From contig CM000431.1 in assembly GCA_000165345.1 (NCBI GenBank), forward strand, positions 256,001-320,000: 64,000 bases of DNA, written 5' to 3'. The position numbers and the translations under genes are program-made. Of the stretch, positions 53,001 through 63,600 are shown one piece after another. The notes below the pieces were generated by a model that did no database searches, had not been told where the DNA came from, and saw only the letters and a program-made list of their open reading frames with translations. Numbering within the stretch: the first letter of the stretch is position 1; each line of letters starts with the position of its first letter.

Positions 53001-54209
53001 ATTTATATTAATGATATATCAACAAGTATTGAAACTGGCATTCATAATTTAATTGGAGATGGATCAAATTATATTAATCTTTTTAATGATAATTTTAGGC
53101 CTTCCAAGCTGGCCATTATGCTTGAAGATCTAGAAGATTTTGATACTGAGATTCTAGTAAAACACATTTCTTTTAACAGTCATTTTAAATATAAAGTTCA
53201 TGATAACATTATTATTGAGTACATAATAATTTTATTCAGAAGTAACAGACATAATCAAGCTTTAAATTATATAATTAATGTTTTAGAGAATATTGAATTG
53301 GCAGAAATTTATACTTTGGCTCAGATTTATCATAATAAATATGCTATTCAATCCGATAATATGAATTTAAAAGTTAATGTAATAGAAAAATCAGAATTTG
53401 AGATATCCTTTCAAAATTACCAGCAAAACAATTTAATTAAAGATAGTAAACAAGCATATCGTAAATTAAAATTTTTTACAGAATTTAAACTTTGGAAGAT
53501 TTTCAAGGACGAGTACTCCAACATTTCGAGTCCAATACAACAAAACAATACGGGAGATTTAGAAATGAATTCTTGGCTTGAAATTCTGGATATTTCTCAT
53601 AATGAGTTATCACTAATTTCAGAAGAATATAATAAAGTTAAAGATATTAACGAGCAGAGTAATTATATGAAATTGATAAATAAGTTAACATCTTTAAATG
53701 GAGATAGGAATCTTCAAAACATTTATAGTTATGGTTCAATGGATTCTAATGGAGAAATAATAGCTTTAGTGAAAATCTTGATAGAGTCTTGGAGGTCTTG
53801 TATACAAGACAGGTCTATCGAAAAGGCAGAAAAACTTCAAAATTCAACAATTAATATCTTAAACAAATATTCATTTCATCCCGATATATCCATTGGAAAT
53901 ATTCTTCAAGTTATTCCAAAAGAATGGCCTTTATTAAAGATGATAAATTTCTTAAAGAATAGTCTTGTATCATCAATACATAATCAAACAAGTAAGTCAA
54001 TTTCAACAAATTTATCTGCAATTTCCTTTCTAAGATTATACGAAAAATGGTCAAATACTCGATCTAACCATGTCACAATTACTCAAGATATGATTTGCCA
54101 TGTGTGCTCACTAAAATTGGGTAATAAACCCTGTGCTCTATATCCAAACGGTTCATGCGTTCATACTCATTGTTTATCTAACGAGTATTATTCATTCAAC
54201 TCTTATTAA
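50079..54209 (+). CDS. VPS39: Vps39/Vam6-like (HOPS/CORVET-type) tethering subunit, 1376 aa
   Basis: A large protein whose C-terminus CHVCSLKLGNKPCALYPNGSCVHTHCLSNE closely matches the conserved C-terminal zinc-finger-like tail of Vps39/TGFBRAP1 (C.VC.K.LGNS.F..YPNG.VVH..C). The N-terminal region is beta-propeller/CNH-like. Confidence 0.65.
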   Translation: MRRFDVVPITSEFSENPNITITSLCYVPVIGYIYAGTNFGDILLYKYEDFHGIQKNDGSDVLGFDLNKDRIVGKERCVRIKNISQKCKRIDKIFPIICYDTVVNDEMENRVLIGGVILCICDGNLLYLDFRLIGKINLLCKGVSSVSIWKDSFNINTFQTKFCIATKKKIIFYNTCLLGDLLDIQDILEYDNEVNNNPSIHNKKRSSLESRSSVVKNGKESTIQNEDASKGYTSGVNSWFGFSTNNSHSNNNSNGNNNNVDNSHKTSAKDEVGYNEDYLSSIEFIKVDEIQIPSRLASFTESICNIEWCDNWVCFVIANTYFIMNIDDQSINDILNLDQLGNNFQPQIIILPEQEFMLTCQDNLGAFFSFSTLEPSPKSMIQWPSEGLTGVVLSSPYLLGGTKSGIIQIYSLANYDANPLIKESKTSNNSSSLRSTNELSSVGGNNRGFSNNNSHNSVQTLQLDDEITCISTGGTCEGIFFGPSSVITAPLGPMVVVSTKTKIYALTPIPIEESIFGLVNRSQGKQALNVLRTYCNSNDLLYNSLLYKTQCLIGWFEFKNLQFEKAFQSFKQAHIDPRVLIILFWKDLIPIEWDLKYSNGSLSDLYEYAKLPWMNSKGNLSEDLSPDVKFHESLLKSVLRKKGLNKLPPSIDLFVRSLLLNKSEFNSNLQINIEGDVEKIDEYIYFANKSFKMFLLSERGKYTSNIENSKDNFHQIGKQSEIQKSYSTGKIMDIAIIKLIINEFNCKYKRSQDISLSNRIILNLLEIDSEQKFNDKGNKDYYLKQEEIMESEIEDEDELMNKKVFRNVFTEFTVDEYEEFLLSSGRYDILAILLAYNSSYLRSLEILENMVNSSDKSSLEAYSSNNSNFINTYLIIFQVLLHLCNSEITPIHIQANLLKRYSRFILDKFDICPIDRLFTLKPVDKFPLTIDEILGLFNLLPTMASNRLTKSYLETIIATQGDNIELKHKINLIEIYINDISTSIETGIHNLIGDGSNYINLFNDNFRPSKLAIMLEDLEDFDTEILVKHISFNSHFKYKVHDNIIIEYIIILFRSNRHNQALNYIINVLENIELAEIYTLAQIYHNKYAIQSDNMNLKVNVIEKSEFEISFQNYQQNNLIKDSKQAYRKLKFFTEFKLWKIFKDEYSNISSPIQQNNTGDLEMNSWLEILDISHNELSLISEEYNKVKDINEQSNYMKLINKLTSLNGDRNLQNIYSYGSMDSNGEIIALVKILIESWRSCIQDRSIEKAEKLQNSTINILNKYSFHPDISIGNILQVIPKEWPLLKMINFLKNSLVSSIHNQTSKSISTNLSAISFLRLYEKWSNTRSNHVTITQDMICHVCSLKLGNKPCALYPNGSCVHTHCLSNEYYSFNSY

Positions 54210-54321
54210 TTCCAAAAAAAAAGAAACCCCCCTTCCTCTACAGTGAATAATTCTCGAAAGTAAAACTTCCACAAATATATTAATTCAAATAATTTTTATT
54301 ATATTACGTGTTTCCACATAA

Positions 54322-54388
54322 TTATGCATGTATGCATGCAGATAATAAAAGGTATTATTTTTTTTTTATTCAGGGTTTGGCGCCATTG
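54322..54388. promoter_or_regulatory. ATGCATGTATGCATGCAG (54325-54342) plus GGTTTGGCGCCATTG (GGCGCC 54379-54384), 220 bp upstream of the SNU23-like gene
   Basis: Seen directly. Confidence 0.4.
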
Positions 54389-54604
54389 AAATATTGAGCA
54401 AATCTGGATTATTAAATATGGAATATGTATTGGAAGAAAGAGGGAAAATAAATAAAGCAAGACAAAGAAAAAGAGGATGGAGATGATAATAAAGTTCTGT
54501 ATTCAGATTATTTATTAAAGTTTTCTGTTATTATATAGTTTTTGCCAAATTAATCTGAAACAAGATATATCTGCTATTATTTATTTTCAGGAAGGAAGAG
54601 TAAA

Positions 54605-55201
54605 ATGAGTGGCGTAAATAGTTTGGGAAGAAAGGTGTGGGACAAGGAGTTTTATAGCAAGAGTAAAGAGGAGAGGGATCGGATAAGGAGCCTTGAGAAT
54701 GCGGAGCACGAAAAAAAGCTTGAAAAAAAGGAGGAAATTTCTGAAGAGGATGCAAAGAAAATGAGGGAAATGTACTTGGATATATCAAAAAATGTTGGAT
54801 TATCGAAGAGTCATACGTCTGGTGATGATGTAAGAAAAAATATTTCAGGATATTGGTGTGAAGTTTGTAATCTAGGTTTTAACGATTCCCATTCCTGGAT
54901 ACGTCATTTAAATAGTCAAAGTCATAATCAGAAGATGGGAACTTCCTTATATGTAGAGAAGAAATCACTTGAGTCTGTAAAAAGGCGACTTTCTGAGTTA
55001 ATTCATGATTATGATCATGGATTAGGAATATTTAGTAAACATAATAAAAACGAAAGTAAAAATGGAGTTTACGGACAAGGAATAAAAGGAGGAAATAAGG
55101 TAAAGGATAAAGATAGGGTATCATCAGAAGAGGAAAATATGTCGGAAGATGAAACTAAGAATCAAATGCTCCAATACAACTTCCCATCAAGCTTCTCATA
55201 A
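54605..55201 (+). CDS. SNU23: U1-type (matrin-type) C2H2 zinc-finger protein, SNU23/ZMAT2-like tri-snRNP component, 198 aa
   Basis: GRKVWDKEFY matches the N-terminal FRRKWDKDEY of ZMAT2. The zinc finger SGYWCEVCNLGFNDSHSWIRHLNSQSHNQKMGTSLYVEKKSLESVKRRL matches [49 protein letters not shown] (recalled from human ZMAT2). Confidence 0.8.
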   Translation: MSGVNSLGRKVWDKEFYSKSKEERDRIRSLENAEHEKKLEKKEEISEEDAKKMREMYLDISKNVGLSKSHTSGDDVRKNISGYWCEVCNLGFNDSHSWIRHLNSQSHNQKMGTSLYVEKKSLESVKRRLSELIHDYDHGLGIFSKHNKNESKNGVYGQGIKGGNKVKDKDRVSSEEENMSEDETKNQMLQYNFPSSFS

Positions 55202-55228
55202 GAGTTTATGTTCCTATTTTTTGAAATA

Positions 55229-55912
55229 TTATAAGGCAAGAACAATGTTATTATTATTGTTATTGCTGCCACTATAGCTTTTGCTTGCAATTGAATTGCT
55301 TTTTAATAAGTTCAAAAGATTTATTCCATTTCCGAATATAGTGTTAAATAAGTTAGCAAAAGCTATAATAAAAATTAATGAAACCAAGCAACCAAGGATA
55401 AGTGTATATTTAATATTTTTCCACCAAAACTTATTCTTAACTTTGATAGAATCTTGTAAGAATGATTCTGTCTCGTCTTCAAGAACTTCAGCTTGTCCAT
55501 CTAATGCTTGAAGAATTCCCTTTAAAACATTACACAATTTTTAAGTTATAATAAAAAGAAAGAATATTTAACTTACTTTGTTGTTTAACAGAATTTGGAT
55601 GTTATTTTGTATTGTACCCGCAATTTCTTTTGCTGAATCTTCTAACTGAACAATCTTGTCAAAGTTCTCAAAGTCATCATATTGTGAAACAAGACTTTTA
55701 ATATCTTCCTTAAAGTTTTTAATCCCATTCAGCTCGTTTATTTTATTAGGCATATTTTCATTTATTCTTTCAATTCTCAAAGTAGATTTGTTTAATTCTC
55801 TTAAATATGAGTAAATTAACCTTTCCGGATATTTCTCATTCTTACAGCATACTGAATATGCAATTTTTCCCTTATCTAAAGGAGGTATCCATATATAAAG
55901 TTTCCACTCCAT
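55229..55912 (-). CDS. Longin-domain R-SNARE with C-terminal TM anchor (Sec22/VAMP7-like), about 208 aa in two exons: join(55229..55519,55577..55912)
   Basis: Exon 1 (ATG at 55912) reads MEWKLYIWIPPLDKGKIAYSVCCKNEKYPERLIYSYLRELNK...NIQILLNNK and ends in phase 0. The donor GTAAGT is at 55576. The intron is 57 nt. The acceptor TTTTAAAG is at 55520. Exon 2 reads GILQALDGQAEVLEDETESFLQDSIKVKNKFWWKNIKYTLILGCLVSLIFIIAF... The SNARE heptads end in the KNKFWWKN juxtamembrane motif and a TM helix. Confidence 0.6.
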
Positions 55913-56846
55913 TTCTTCAAATTTTATATTCCTTTCAATTCTTGGATTTAATATCTGAATATTATTATTTTTATTTAATTCATCTATAAAAATCTCGTTA
56001 ATCTTTATTTTAAATAAAGTTTTTCATCCTTTTCCCTAGTCCCAAATATACCAAACATAAAATTAATTATTTATGTTTTCTTCTCTTTTTTTTCCTCCTT
56101 TTATTTTTGAATAATATAATTCAATATATTACTAAACTTACCTTATCTTTAAGTGAACTTGAGACTCTATCAAACCAGGAAAAAATAATAATACTTTTAT
56201 TAATGGATCCAATTCCTGTAAAGATTAGGTTCTTGTTTCGTGTTGGGAAAGTCTTTAAACCAAGCATTCTTTTATTTTTTTTTACTTTAAATATTATTTA
56301 TTTTGTTATTTTATATCAAAAACATATTTTTTTTCAATAATTGATGTATTAATAAGCAATAATTATCCCACATCATTTTGCATGCAAAAGTCCCTTTTCA
56401 ATAATATATTTATATATACGTAATATATATATATATATATATTGCAAATCTTGCTTCAAATTTATTCAATTTTTCTAAAATAAATATATTTTAACAATTT
56501 ATTTCCTAATCTAGAAATTCAACAATTCTAAAACCAAGTCAAAATCAGACTCACAATAACTCACATAAAAAGAAAAAATGTTAAATTCTTACCGCCTAAA
56601 TATTATATCATTCATTTTATAATAATCCCACATTCTTATTTCAGATTATTTTTTAAATACATGTAAAAGGAAAAGGCGGGCATTCCATGCATTTAATTTA
56701 ATTAAAATAATAATTTTTATAACAATTAATAATTACGTGGGAAAAAAAAAATTAGGAAATAAATATATACAAATAAAATAATAAATTAAAAAGTAAAATA
56801 ATTAGTAAATAATATAAGAACAAAAGATCAAGTAAAATAAATATTA

Positions 56847-57123
56847 ATGGTAGAGAAAGAAGTGAAAAAAGAAACAAGGTCTAAAGAGGAGATTATAGAA
56901 AGCATATTAAAATTACAGAATGAAATATCAGGTAGGTTTTAAAAATATACAACAGAAATAATATACAAACAAATAAGTAATTTAATATATAAAAACAAAT
57001 TTAATAACTAAATATTTTTTCTTTTCTTTTATAGAATTAAAATCAAATTTAGACAAATTAGAATCTGATAATAAGTTGTTAAATGAAGAAAATGCTATAT
57101 TAGAAAACCAGTTAAAGACTTAA
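56847..57123 (+). CDS. Small leucine-zipper coiled-coil protein, 57 aa, in two exons: join(56847..56931,57035..57123). Not in the ORF track.
   Basis: ATG GTA GAG AAA GAA GTG AAA AAA... ends TCA G with the donor GTAGGT at 56932. A 103-nt intron carries a TTTTCTTTTCTTTTATAG polypyrimidine acceptor at 57034. Exon 2 reads ELKSNLDKLESDNKLLNEENAILENQLKT*. The leucines L4, L11, L18, L25, L32 of ILKLQNEISELKSNLDKLESDNKLLNEENAILENQL are spaced exactly 7 apart. Confidence 0.35.
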
Positions 57124-57232
57124 TTTAAACTAATTGATTAAAGTATAATTATTATAAGTAGAATATTGGAAACTAAAGATATAAAAAGAAAATCATCAAA
57201 CTATTTTTTTTTTTTTTTCTTTCAATTTAATT

Positions 57233-58603
57233 TTAATTATTGTAGGAAATAGGTACAACTAATAGTCCATTTTTTGACTCTTTAATAGAATTCCATCTGC
57301 CAAGTCTATGTTCTTGTCCAATAGCAGCAACAATAAGCTTATCAGAAACAGAAATATCATTAACAAATCCAGAGATTTTGATAGAATTTATAAGAGAGAT
57401 ATTATTATTTTGATTTGACCATTTCCAAGCTTTAATTTCTTGATCATCACTACCAGTGAAAAATAAATCAGTAAAAGGAATACTTTTAATAGAATAAATA
57501 CCTCCTTTATGTAGATCATTACTAGTAAATAAAGGCTTCTTTTTAAATTGTGACCATATATGTATAGTACCATCTTGTTGACCAGTTATATAATTAACAT
57601 TATTTAAACAAGATACAGAATCAATAGGAGATTCAATATTTTTGGATAAATCATTGTTGTTATTATTATTACTTGGATAAAATATTAAATGTGAATCAGC
57701 AGATAATTTCCATAACCTAGATGTATTATCTTCAGAACCAGTAAAAGGTCTATCTTTCAGAATTATATCACAAGATGTAATTTTATTAGTATGGCCATAA
57801 TAAGTATTCATATGTGATCTTGATTTTAAACTCCAAACTTTGAGAGATTTATCAAAAGAAACTGAAATAATTTGATCAATATCAGAATTTGGTTCAGAAA
57901 CTATACCAGTAATTGTATTAGTATGACCATGAAATTTTTCTATACATTTTTGTACTCTATGATCCCATATTCTTATAACTTTATCTTCACCACCACTACA
58001 AATAAGATTAGTTTCTTTATGATAACATATTGTTTTAACTTGTTCAAAATGTCCACCACATTCAAAATCTTTTCTACTACCTGGAAAAATAATTTTTTTA
58101 CCAGTTTCTAAATCCCATTTAATTATAGCACAATCTTTACCACCAGTATATGCAGTTCTTCCATCTTTATCTAAAGTTACACATGTTGGGCTTAATTTGT
58201 GACCTTTGTAAAATGTAGAGTCACTTGTAATATTAAAACTATCAGCAATATCTCTTTGTGAGATTTTACCTTCTAATATATTTAAACTTTTTTTAATATC
58301 ATCATCATCTAAAGCATCAATTTTTTTTAAATATTTTTTTGCTAATGAAACTCTTCTTTCATCATCATTTTCAAAAAAAGTATCTTCTTCATCATCATCA
58401 TCTTCTTCTTCTCCATTTTCATAATCAGATTCTACATTTGAACCTAAAGTTCTTCCAATAAAATGTGAATTTTTATGATCTTGGTAATCCACACTTTTTT
58501 TATTATTTAAAAATGATTCATCATCTGAAGATGATACAATTTCTTCATTTTCATTTTTTTTCTTTCCTTGATTTTTTTTAATTTGTTGAAATTTTCTCTT
58601 CAT
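57233..58603 (-). CDS. RRP9: U3 snoRNP WD40 protein RRP9/U3-55K, 456 aa
   Basis: RRVSLAKKYLKKI, GHKLSPTCVTLDKDGRTAYTGGKDCAIIKWDLETGKKI and the C-terminal VAAIGQEHRLGRWNSIKESKNGLLVVPI align with the conserved RRP9 blocks (LRLAKLYLEQL; GHQLSITCLVVTPDDSAIFSAAKDCSIIKWSVESGRKL; VAGVGQEHRLGRWWRIKEARNSVCIIPL, recalled from human RRP9). Confidence 0.88.
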   Translation of the reverse strand: MKRKFQQIKKNQGKKKNENEEIVSSSDDESFLNNKKSVDYQDHKNSHFIGRTLGSNVESDYENGEEEDDDDEEDTFFENDDERRVSLAKKYLKKIDALDDDDIKKSLNILEGKISQRDIADSFNITSDSTFYKGHKLSPTCVTLDKDGRTAYTGGKDCAIIKWDLETGKKIIFPGSRKDFECGGHFEQVKTICYHKETNLICSGGEDKVIRIWDHRVQKCIEKFHGHTNTITGIVSEPNSDIDQIISVSFDKSLKVWSLKSRSHMNTYYGHTNKITSCDIILKDRPFTGSEDNTSRLWKLSADSHLIFYPSNNNNNNDLSKNIESPIDSVSCLNNVNYITGQQDGTIHIWSQFKKKPLFTSNDLHKGGIYSIKSIPFTDLFFTGSDDQEIKAWKWSNQNNNISLINSIKISGFVNDISVSDKLIVAAIGQEHRLGRWNSIKESKNGLLVVPISYNN

Positions 58604-59210
58604 TATTTATTTTAATTATTGTTTAAAATTACACTTATTCTTATTATATATGATTAATCAAAATGAATTTTATTAAACTTTATTTATTTATATCTTTATT
58701 ATTATTAACTTTTTTTTCCTTTTTTTTAATACTCTAGTTTTTTTTTGACATTTCAGATTCTTTAGTCATTTAATATATTGACAAGAACCCGCCTTTTTTT
58801 CAAAAAATATATGGGAATTAAAAAAAAAATTTTTTTTTTTTTTTTTTGGGTACCTTTATATACCGGTATATATAAACTAAAAACTATAATAATTGTAGCG
58901 CGATATGCCGCCTAAAGTTACTATTAGAAAATATTAAGATGAATATTTTTGATCAAGAAGAAGAAAAAAAAAAAAAATAATAATAATAATAATAAAGAGA
59001 TAAATAAAAAGATTAAAATGAAATGTATTTTAATTAGAAATTTAAATATTTTAAGAAACCCCACACTATTTTGTATTGATCTTCTTTTATTTATTATTAA
59101 TAATCTCTTTTTCTTTTCTTTTCTTTTTTTAATTCCTCTCTAAATATATATAAATATTCTTATTGTTATCTTTTTAATTGAATTTAAATAAATTCAAAGT
59201 TATTTATTAG

Positions 59211-60602
59211 ATGAAAAGTAATAAGTATCAAGAATTTGAATCTTTACCAAATTCTTTATTGTTTGAGAAGAAAAGTAAAAGTCAAGTATTAAGACAAAAT
59301 GATTTAATAACAAATATTGTACGAGATAATTTAGATAATGGGAACAAATTATTCAACGATGAACATGATGTTAATAATTTTGATGATTTACCTTTTGTAA
59401 TACCTTCAAAGAGAATTATTATTGAATGGCCTTTACATCTTTTGAAGAATTTAAAAGCTTTAGATTTTGAGAATAATGATTTTTCCAAATATGAATTAGA
59501 GAATATCGAGATTTGTAAGATAGTGTCAAACAATGTGAGGGAAAAGGGTGCTCAGGAATGGGAGCAGGCCCAGAAGTGTGAGGAAGAGCCGGTTCAGGAG
59601 CAAAAGAAAGAGCTGATCCAAGAACTTGAGGAAGAGCCGGTTCAGGAGCAAAAGAAAGAGCCGGTTCAGGAATACAATAAAGAACCGATTCAGGAACAAA
59701 AGAAAGAGCTGATCCAAGAACTTGAGGAAGAGCCGATTCAGGAATACAATAAAGAGCCGGTTCAGGAACAAAAGAAAGAGTTGGTCCAAGAACACAATAA
59801 AGAAGAGCTGTTCCAGGAGCATGAGCTAGAACAAACCCAGAACCGGAACCGGAACCAAAACCAAAACCAGAGCCAAAAACAACAACTTACCATCCAAAAA
59901 CAACTTAACATCCAAAAACCCCAACTAAACGTCCAAAAACACCAACTTGAACAAACTAAATTCCCAACAAACTTGAGACTCAAATACATGCAGATCTACA
60001 TTATGGGAGGATATGCAAAAAAACATTTTCATAATAAAGAACAAAATTCATATAATATCAGAGTTGAAATCAAAAAAAATCAGGAAATTCAAGCAATTAA
60101 AGTTATTAATATATTAGAGAAAGATGATATGCACTTTTTTCACCATGGCAATAACATTCTCTCATCATTTCAAAGCAATAATTCTGAGTATCATCGTAAA
60201 TTTATATCATCACAAATTCAAGCAAATAAAAGGATGTTCAGACTCAATTCTCACCAATATAAACTTCAAATCTTTAAATTCTTAAATATCAAAATCCCAA
60301 TTAAATGTGATGATCAAATATATCTTTATCTCGGAAATTCTCAGTCAAAACATGAATTTAATGATGTTCAAAAAGATCACCAAATTCACAGAAGAAATGC
60401 TATATTACCCATTACAAAACAAAATCTTCTTAAATTAACAAAAGATGGGGGATTTCAGACACTTCTGGAACTTCATGATCATTTTTATACTTTTCAAACT
60501 AATATTACCCAACAAAATTCCACTCATTCTTTTTTATCTCAAAATTTCAATCATCCAGATACCTTTATTGGATACATTCTACTATCCATCCAAAAGGCAT
60601 GA
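59211..60602 (+). CDS. Hypothetical repeat-containing protein, 463 aa (EEEPVQEQKKELIQELE-type tandem repeats, NRNRNQNQNQ, IQKQLN repeats)
   Basis: ATG ORF. The central third is built of imperfect tandem repeats. No family was recognised. Confidence 0.55.
   Translation: MKSNKYQEFESLPNSLLFEKKSKSQVLRQNDLITNIVRDNLDNGNKLFNDEHDVNNFDDLPFVIPSKRIIIEWPLHLLKNLKALDFENNDFSKYELENIEICKIVSNNVREKGAQEWEQAQKCEEEPVQEQKKELIQELEEEPVQEQKKEPVQEYNKEPIQEQKKELIQELEEEPIQEYNKEPVQEQKKELVQEHNKEELFQEHELEQTQNRNRNQNQNQSQKQQLTIQKQLNIQKPQLNVQKHQLEQTKFPTNLRLKYMQIYIMGGYAKKHFHNKEQNSYNIRVEIKKNQEIQAIKVINILEKDDMHFFHHGNNILSSFQSNNSEYHRKFISSQIQANKRMFRLNSHQYKLQIFKFLNIKIPIKCDDQIYLYLGNSQSKHEFNDVQKDHQIHRRNAILPITKQNLLKLTKDGGFQTLLELHDHFYTFQTNITQQNSTHSFLSQNFNHPDTFIGYILLSIQKA
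59575..59960 (+). repeat. Intragenic tandem repeat region: about nine imperfect copies of a 24-36-nt unit (GAGCCGGTTCAGGAGCAAAAGAAA...), an (AACCGG)2(AACCAA)2-type hexanucleotide run and three 21-nt CCATCCAAAAACAACTTAA-like units. It is locally GC-rich.
   Basis: Seen directly. The repeats are in frame and encode EPVQEQKK, EPIQEYNK, NRNRNQNQNQ and IQKQLN peptide repeats. Confidence 0.75.
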
Positions 60603-60606
60603 GATG

Positions 60607-60641
<35 letters not shown>

Positions 60642-60697
60642 ACCACCAAATATTCATCCTAAAAGAAAGAAAAGAAAAAAAAATCTTTTCTTTTTAT

Positions 60698-63600
60698 TTA
60701 ATTCTCCATATGTTTTTCATTATTATATATTATATTCCGTCTAATCAAATTTGACATGTTCTCAGAATTTGAAACCTTGTTAATCTTAAGTTGTACATTC
60801 TTCCTAATTCTTGTCTTATACATATCAATCTGTTGTTTTCTAACTGATACTTTACCAACATAACTGAATTTGAAAAGATGATTAAAGTTCTTTGATAAAA
60901 CTTCGTGTAATTGACCTGAAATTGTTATATTTCCAGGAGTTCCACAGGATTCCATTCTATTTCCTATTATTACATCATGTCCCCAAACCTCATATCTTAA
61001 CCTAGAACTTCCTACAATACCTCCTATACATCCTCCATAATGTAATCCAATCCTCATACTCAATTCAGGAAGTGATAACTTTTCCCTAACAAATGCAATC
61101 TTCTCTAACATATCATGTGCCATTGCAATACTTCTTCTAGCTCCTTCTGCTGGAGTGTAACCTTCCATCTGTGAAATATTCAAATTATAGATTTGTCGAT
61201 TCTTTGTATTGTAACTATTATTGCTACCATTAGAAGATGATGATTGTTTACTTGAAATTGGATTACTTAAAATACTTGGAGAAGAACTTCTTAGAGAAGA
61301 ATTATGGGAAAGATAGCTATTAACTGAGTTAAGATAATTTATTCCAAGTCCAAAATTCATTCCTAAACTACCAATCCCTCCACCTACTGTTCCAAAGCTT
61401 ATATTTGCTTGATTGTCTTTGTTCTTCTTCTTTATCTTTTGAGAAGAAACATTTAAAGATTTCTGCTCATAAGGATCAATTTCTGGCTCACTCATTGCTA
61501 CATAAGCATCTCCAATAGTAAAAAGTTTGAATAATCCAAATTTAGAAAGTGAATCATCAAATTGAGCATATAAACTACTTAACATATAAACCACACTCTC
61601 TGCTTCCACTGTCATAGCCCATTGAGTAAAACCACATATATCTGAAAACAAAAATGTGACATTTTTATGAATATATGCTAATTTTAACTTATCTTCCTGA
61701 AAATCAACCAAAACTTTTCTAGGAAGCATTGCAACCAATAACTCTTCTGCTTTCTTTTCACAATTACCTGCTACCAAAGTACCATAAAAAATTGCTCTTC
61801 CTGTTCTTTCTCTTGAATAAGCTGCAATAATATTCACTAATAATGCAACACAATATACCACAATACCTTCCAAATTAACATTAATACCAACAGAAAAGAT
61901 AGTTAATATAAGAAACATAATCAATAAATCAAATAAAACAATGTACTTGAAAAGTAAACCAGCATTATGATGTACTGTTGCCAATAATAAAAGCTCAAGA
62001 ATCTCCTCATCACACCATAATGATATAGAATTATCTACCATAGTAAATTGCCATAATATTGTCAACATTAACATTGATGCTCCTCCTGCTAGAACTGCAT
62101 TCAAAAATAAGATTGGACCTCCAACATGCTTAGTATTCTCCAAGCTTAATTGTCCTTTCCATTTATCTCCAGATAATTGTCTTGCTTCTTCACCAACTCC
62201 ACCACCTCTTATTAATCCTGATTCAGATATACCAGGTATCACAGATCCTGATATTTCTGTTGAACTTTGAATTTGATAATTAGTATATGTACTAAATAAT
62301 ACAAGCCATGAAAGAAAAACTGATGATATATATATAATTCTAACAGTCCATAGTATCCTAAATCCTGGAATACCATCTTCATGATTTTGTCCACATGGTA
62401 ATATTGTATATATTAGAGTTTGTAATACAAGTGTAACAATAACAATAACAAGACTTTCTTCAATAGTTTTAAGAGTAGTTAAATCAGAGTAGTAGGTGAT
62501 TAAATACTTTTGTTCAATTTCATTATCCTTAAATCCAAGAGTTAGACTCATTAGATCTGAAATCTTTTCTTTCTTTCGTCGATCAATAATATTACTTTTT
62601 TGATAATTAGAATCTTTTCTAACAGAGTAAGCAAATTGATCAGAATTACTTCTCTCGATTTTTTGATGATAATCAAAAGAATTGCGAGAAATGGATATAA
62701 AAGAGTGTTCTGTAGATTTTCTGAATCTCGTTTTCATTCTTTTTCGATTTGATTTTGCAACAGTTTCATGTTCAGAAGCCACTAAAAAAGCTGAGTTAAG
62801 TTCTTTCTTTTTGAAAAATCCAATTGAACTAGAATCTTGACTTTTTAAATGAAGCTCTATGTCTCCACCAATATTTTCATTAAGGGAAAAAGAATCTTGA
62901 CGTCCAATTTCCTTTAACAGCCCATCTTGAAGAGGAGTATCTTCAGTATTATCCTCCTTATCATACTCAGCCTCCTCTCTACAGTCATCAATACCTTTTC
63001 CTAGCTCTTGAATGGGTTTAAAGGTTTCTGGAGGAAATTCCTGTGAAAAACGACTTTCTTTTCTCTCATCTTCGTTTTGAACCGATGTTGAAAGAGGAGG
63101 CAGTAATGGTGGTAGTGGTGGTTGTGGTAGTTGAATAGAGGATATGAACGGTGAAGAAGTTCTTTCTTGCTCTTTAGTGAGCTTCTTGGAATAAGAAACA
63201 GAATTCGAGTCTTTTTGTGAGACTTTTTTATCATCATTACTTTTTGCAAGGTATTTGAGCAAAATGTCATCTAAAACCAAAATATCAAAATCAGAGGTAT
63301 TTTTAACGTAGTAATTACCAATCTGTATAGCTCCAACCCCTTTACCACGTATCTCTTGTTTTCTGATATGTGTATAATTTGGATATGCTGATCCAGAAAC
63401 ACTTTCTAAAGTAAAGGTATCCATCATTCCTTTGCCTTTAACAAAAGATCTCTTTTCTTTCCATTTCAAAATAGAGATATCTTTAACTAAATCATGTGTC
63501 ATTGAAGAAACTTGAATCTTTCCTGTTTCACAAGAAGACTTCATCCTACTTGCAGTATTAACAGTATCACCAAAAAGTGCATATTGTGGCTTATTAGTAC

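Noticed and set aside
57388-58111. ORFs on both strands inside RRP9
   Set aside because: RRP9 is read unambiguously on the minus strand. These are alternative-frame artefacts.
59282-59989. Three minus-strand ORFs (LFLNRLF... repeats and a W/F/C-rich string)
   Set aside because: They are antisense readings of the tandem repeats inside the 59211..60602 CDS.
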